Assembly: GCA_964593055.1 (NCBI GenBank) | Contig: CAZQIG010000002.1 | Location: 28,631 to 92,630, forward strand | Length of the DNA stretch: 64,000 bases | Source: an uncultured Erysipelotrichia bacterium | GTDB lineage: Bacteria; Bacillota_I; Bacilli_A; JBKEDG01 | Reading direction: 5' to 3' | Shown: positions 61,573 through 64,000 of the stretch, piece by piece | Layout: every line of letters begins with the position of its first letter | Position numbering within the stretch: position 1 is the stretch's first letter | Program-made: the position numbers and the translations under genes | The notes under the pieces: generated by a model | Database searches by the model: none | What the model saw: only the letters and a program-made list of their open reading frames with translations | Told to the model about the DNA's origin: nothing

Positions 61573-61879
61573 AACAATTTTATTTTATGATTTTGCGTGT
61601 AGGACAAAGAAGGAGAAAAGGGAGTTTCAAAGATTTAATAAAGGAATAAAAAAGCTTGGATTTATGATGATACAAAAATCAGTATATGTAAGAAGCATTA
61701 AAAGCAAGGAAGAGTATGCAAATATAAAAGCTAGAATAATGATAAGAGAGAATAATAACAATGATATAAGAATAGTGCTTTTAACTAATTCAAAGTATGA
61801 AGAGATAGAGATGATATCAGGACAAGAAACCTTAACAGATATGGTATTGACAAGCAAAAAAAATGTAATTAATTTATAA
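61556..61879 (+). CDS. cas2: CRISPR adaptation protein Cas2
   Basis: ~107 aa, MSSKYKTILFYDFACRTKKEKREFQRFNKGIKKLGFMMIQKSVYV (Cas2 beta1-alpha1-beta2 pattern). GGAGG RBS. It overlaps the cas1 end. Confidence 0.75.
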   Translation: MSSKYKTILFYDFACRTKKEKREFQRFNKGIKKLGFMMIQKSVYVRSIKSKEEYANIKARIMIRENNNNDIRIVLLTNSKYEEIEMISGQETLTDMVLTSKKNVINL

Positions 61880-61984
61880 GAAGTACTTAAAATTCGAAAC
61901 TATTTTCTAAAAAAAAAGAAAAAACAGTATTTGAAATACCAAAAACGTTGTTATATCAATAAAAAAATATGTTATATGTTTGCG
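61880..61984 (+). promoter_or_regulatory. CRISPR leader (A/T-rich, ~105 bp) between cas2 and the first repeat
   Basis: The A-rich stretch contains TTGAAA and TATGTTATAT promoter-like boxes. The degenerate repeat lies at the far end of the array, so this end is leader-proximal. Confidence 0.5.
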
Positions 61985-62625
61985 GATTTATTACACCCCA
62001 AAAACGAAGGGGACTAAAACCGTAGGAAGTGTTGGGTTAAAACCAACAGTATGATTTATTACACCCCAAAAACGAAGGGGACTAAAACTTTTGTTGAATC
62101 GCTTCTATTATAATACTCTCTGATTTATTACACCCCAAAAACGAAGGGGACTAAAACGTTTAGTAAGAATTTTGTTAATTGTGGTACGGATTTATTACAC
62201 CCCAAAAACGAAGGGGACTAAAACATTCCTGGACACCTCTTATTATAGTAAAAAGATTTATTACACCCCAAAAACGAAGGGGACTAAAACGGGATAATAT
62301 TCTCATCATTAATCGCGATAATGATTTATTACACCCCAAAAACGAAGGGGACTAAAACTGAATATTGGTCATAAAGTGAATCGAACACTGATTTATTACA
62401 CCCCAAAAACGAAGGGGACTAAAACACGGTTTGGAATTTATTGCTTTGGTTAGTTGATTTATTACACCCCAAAAACGAAGGGGACTAAAACTATAAGTTT
62501 TATTTTCGTTATTTATTATTTTGATTTATTACACCCCAAAAACGAAGGGGACTAAAACTGTAGCAATGACTTTTTTCCCATCAACTCCAGATTTATTACA
62601 CCCCCAAGAGGTATTAGAATATTAA
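61985..62625 (+). CRISPR. CRISPR array: 9 identical 36-nt repeats (GATTTATTACACCCCAAAAACGAAGGGGACTAAAAC) plus 1 degenerate terminal repeat; 9 spacers of 30-33 nt
   Basis: Repeat starts are at 61985, 62053, 62122, 62189, 62255, 62323, 62390, 62456 and 62523. The degenerate repeat starts at 62590 (GATTTATTACACCCCCAAGAGG...). Each repeat has an internal CCCC...GGGG stem. Confidence 0.95.
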
Positions 62626-62661
62626 TATGATTATGTAGTTTATGAATATAAGCACAAAAAA

Positions 62662-62691
62662 AGAGTTGAATTAGTTTATTCAACTCTTTTT
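62662..62691. terminator. Terminator downstream of the CRISPR array
   Basis: AGAGTTGAAT-tagttt-ATTCAACTCT 10-bp stem flanked by an A-tract and a T-tract. Confidence 0.55.
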
Positions 62692-62840
62692 GTAGTCTTG
62701 TATTTGATAATTACACTTAATTTTTAGTAAGGGTAATTTTTGATGATAGGTTTTAGGTAATAAATGTGCTTAAAACATTGTAATATAGCGATTTGAATGT
62801 TATAATTGGTGTCAGCAAGAAGCGAGTTTTGGAGGTAGAC

Positions 62841-63674
62841 ATGAAAAAAAAGATTGTGAATATTATTTTGATTTTAGTAGGTAGTTTATTATTGGCAATA
62901 GGTGTGAATACAGTATATGTTCCATATGAGATAGCCTCTGGAGGAGTAACTGGATTTGCTATTGTTTTAGAAAGTGCTTTTGGCTTTGGGATTAATACTA
63001 CAGTGTTTGTTTTAAATGGTGTATTATTGGTGGCAGCTTTAATTTTTATAGGTAAAGATTTTTTCATTAAGTCATTGCTTGGTTCTTTAGCTTTACCATT
63101 TTTTATGACAGTAGTTCCTGTAGAACCGTTAACTGATGATTTAGTAATTTCTTTAGTAGCGGGAACGATTTTTGTAGCAATTGGAATTAAGATAGTTTAT
63201 GTAGCTAATGGTAGTACGGGAGGAACGACAATTCCACCGATGATTTTTAAAAAATATTTTAATTTTCCTATTTCAAGAGGATTATTAATTTCTGATGGAT
63301 TAGTTGTTTTATCATCGTTTTTCGTATTAGGTTTAAATAAATCTGTTGTAGCAACAATTAGTATTATTTTCTTCGTAATGGTTTATGAATATATCGAAAC
63401 AGGAATTAGAAGAGCGAGATCGGTACATATTATTAGTAAATTTCATCGTGAGATTAAAGAAGAAATTTTTGAAAAGCTTGACCGTGGAGCGACTTATTTA
63501 AATGGGCATGGTGCTTATAATTTAGAAGAGCGTGATGTTTTAGTAGTAGTAGTAGGTGTGCGTGAGTTATCTAAGTTGAAAAGTATTTGTGATAAACACG
63601 ATGAGAATGCATTTATTATTGTTCATAATGTTGTAGATGTTCATGGTGAAGGATTTAGTTATTTTTCAAAATAA
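62841..63674 (+). CDS. YitT-family membrane protein (DUF161 + DUF2179)
   Basis: MKKKIVNIILILVGSLLLAIGVN...SGGVTG. GGAGG RBS before ATG 62841. Confidence 0.7.
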   Translation: MKKKIVNIILILVGSLLLAIGVNTVYVPYEIASGGVTGFAIVLESAFGFGINTTVFVLNGVLLVAALIFIGKDFFIKSLLGSLALPFFMTVVPVEPLTDDLVISLVAGTIFVAIGIKIVYVANGSTGGTTIPPMIFKKYFNFPISRGLLISDGLVVLSSFFVLGLNKSVVATISIIFFVMVYEYIETGIRRARSVHIISKFHREIKEEIFEKLDRGATYLNGHGAYNLEERDVLVVVVGVRELSKLKSICDKHDENAFIIVHNVVDVHGEGFSYFSK

Positions 63675-63676
63675 AA

Positions 63677-63700
63677 AAGAGCAAATGCTCTTTTTATTTA
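63677..63700. terminator. Bidirectional terminator
   Basis: AGAGC-aaat-GCTCT flanked by an A-tract and TTTTTATTT. Confidence 0.45.
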
Positions 63701-64000
63701 TGAATTTCGATAAATTTTATAGTATCTTCTAAAGTGTTATCACCAATTAATCCAGCATATTTTGAAATACCATTTTCAATATAAAGTGTTGTAGGTGTTC
63801 CTGTAATACTTAAATCTTGAGTTAGCTTATTACGATCATCAGTTGAAAGTTTATCTAAATCTATAGAGTAAGCAGTAGTATTTGTTTTTTCTAAAGCTTG
63901 TTCAAGTTTTGGTGTAAATGATTCACATGCACCGCAAGAAGAAGCTGCTACTTCAAAGAAAAATGATTCTCCATCAGCAATCATAGTTTGATACTGTTTG
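63694..64000 (-). CDS. Thioredoxin-like protein (CGAC active site); 5' end probably beyond the window
   Basis: SSCGACESF CxxC motif and thioredoxin-fold GTPTTLYIENG. The frame stays open to the window edge. Confidence 0.6.
   Translation of the reverse strand, partial: KQYQTMIADGESFFFEVAASSCGACESFTPKLEQALEKTNTTAYSIDLDKLSTDDRNKLTQDLSITGTPTTLYIENGISKYAGLIGDNTLEDTIKFIEIHK

Overview
This is a low-GC (~30%) bacterial chromosome segment of Firmicutes type. It carries DnaB/DnaI-type replication initiators, lgt, whiA and an F0F1 atp operon. Most of it is housekeeping: uvrA (3' part), an lgt-NUDIX fusion, whiA, rpiB-glyA-upp, atpIBEFHAGDC, polA-mutM-coaE-dnaB-dnaI, secG-rnr-smpB and a hisS-like gene.

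Three things stand out.

1. At 57.1-62.7 kb there is a complete single-effector type VI-A CRISPR-Cas locus on the + strand. A ~1153-aa protein with two R-x4-H HEPN motifs (Cas13a/C2c2-like) is followed by cas1, cas2, an A-rich leader and an array of 9 full plus 1 degenerate 36-nt repeats. The locus sits directly downstream of a tRNA-Met and has its own near-consensus promoter.

2. The window encodes selenocysteine use. A tRNA-Sec (anticodon UCA) sits at the head of a trxB-trxA-grdA-grdC-grdD cluster. grdA has the in-frame UGA in the CFVU motif. A Bcp/PrxQ-type peroxiredoxin has TGA exactly at the peroxidatic-Cys position. A third ORF in the heavy-metal ATPase operon is split by a single in-frame TGA followed by a SECIS-like hairpin.

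3. A ~9.5 kb accessory island (about 17.7-27.1 kb) ends at tRNA-Gly/tRNA-Asp. It holds two decayed Rep_1 rolling-circle replication gene remnants, two families of direct repeats, a secreted Cys-containing protein plus an FtsX-type ABC exporter, a secreted amidase-like protein and several small secreted or membrane proteins.

All coordinates and calls come from reading the sequence and ORF track. No database search was run.
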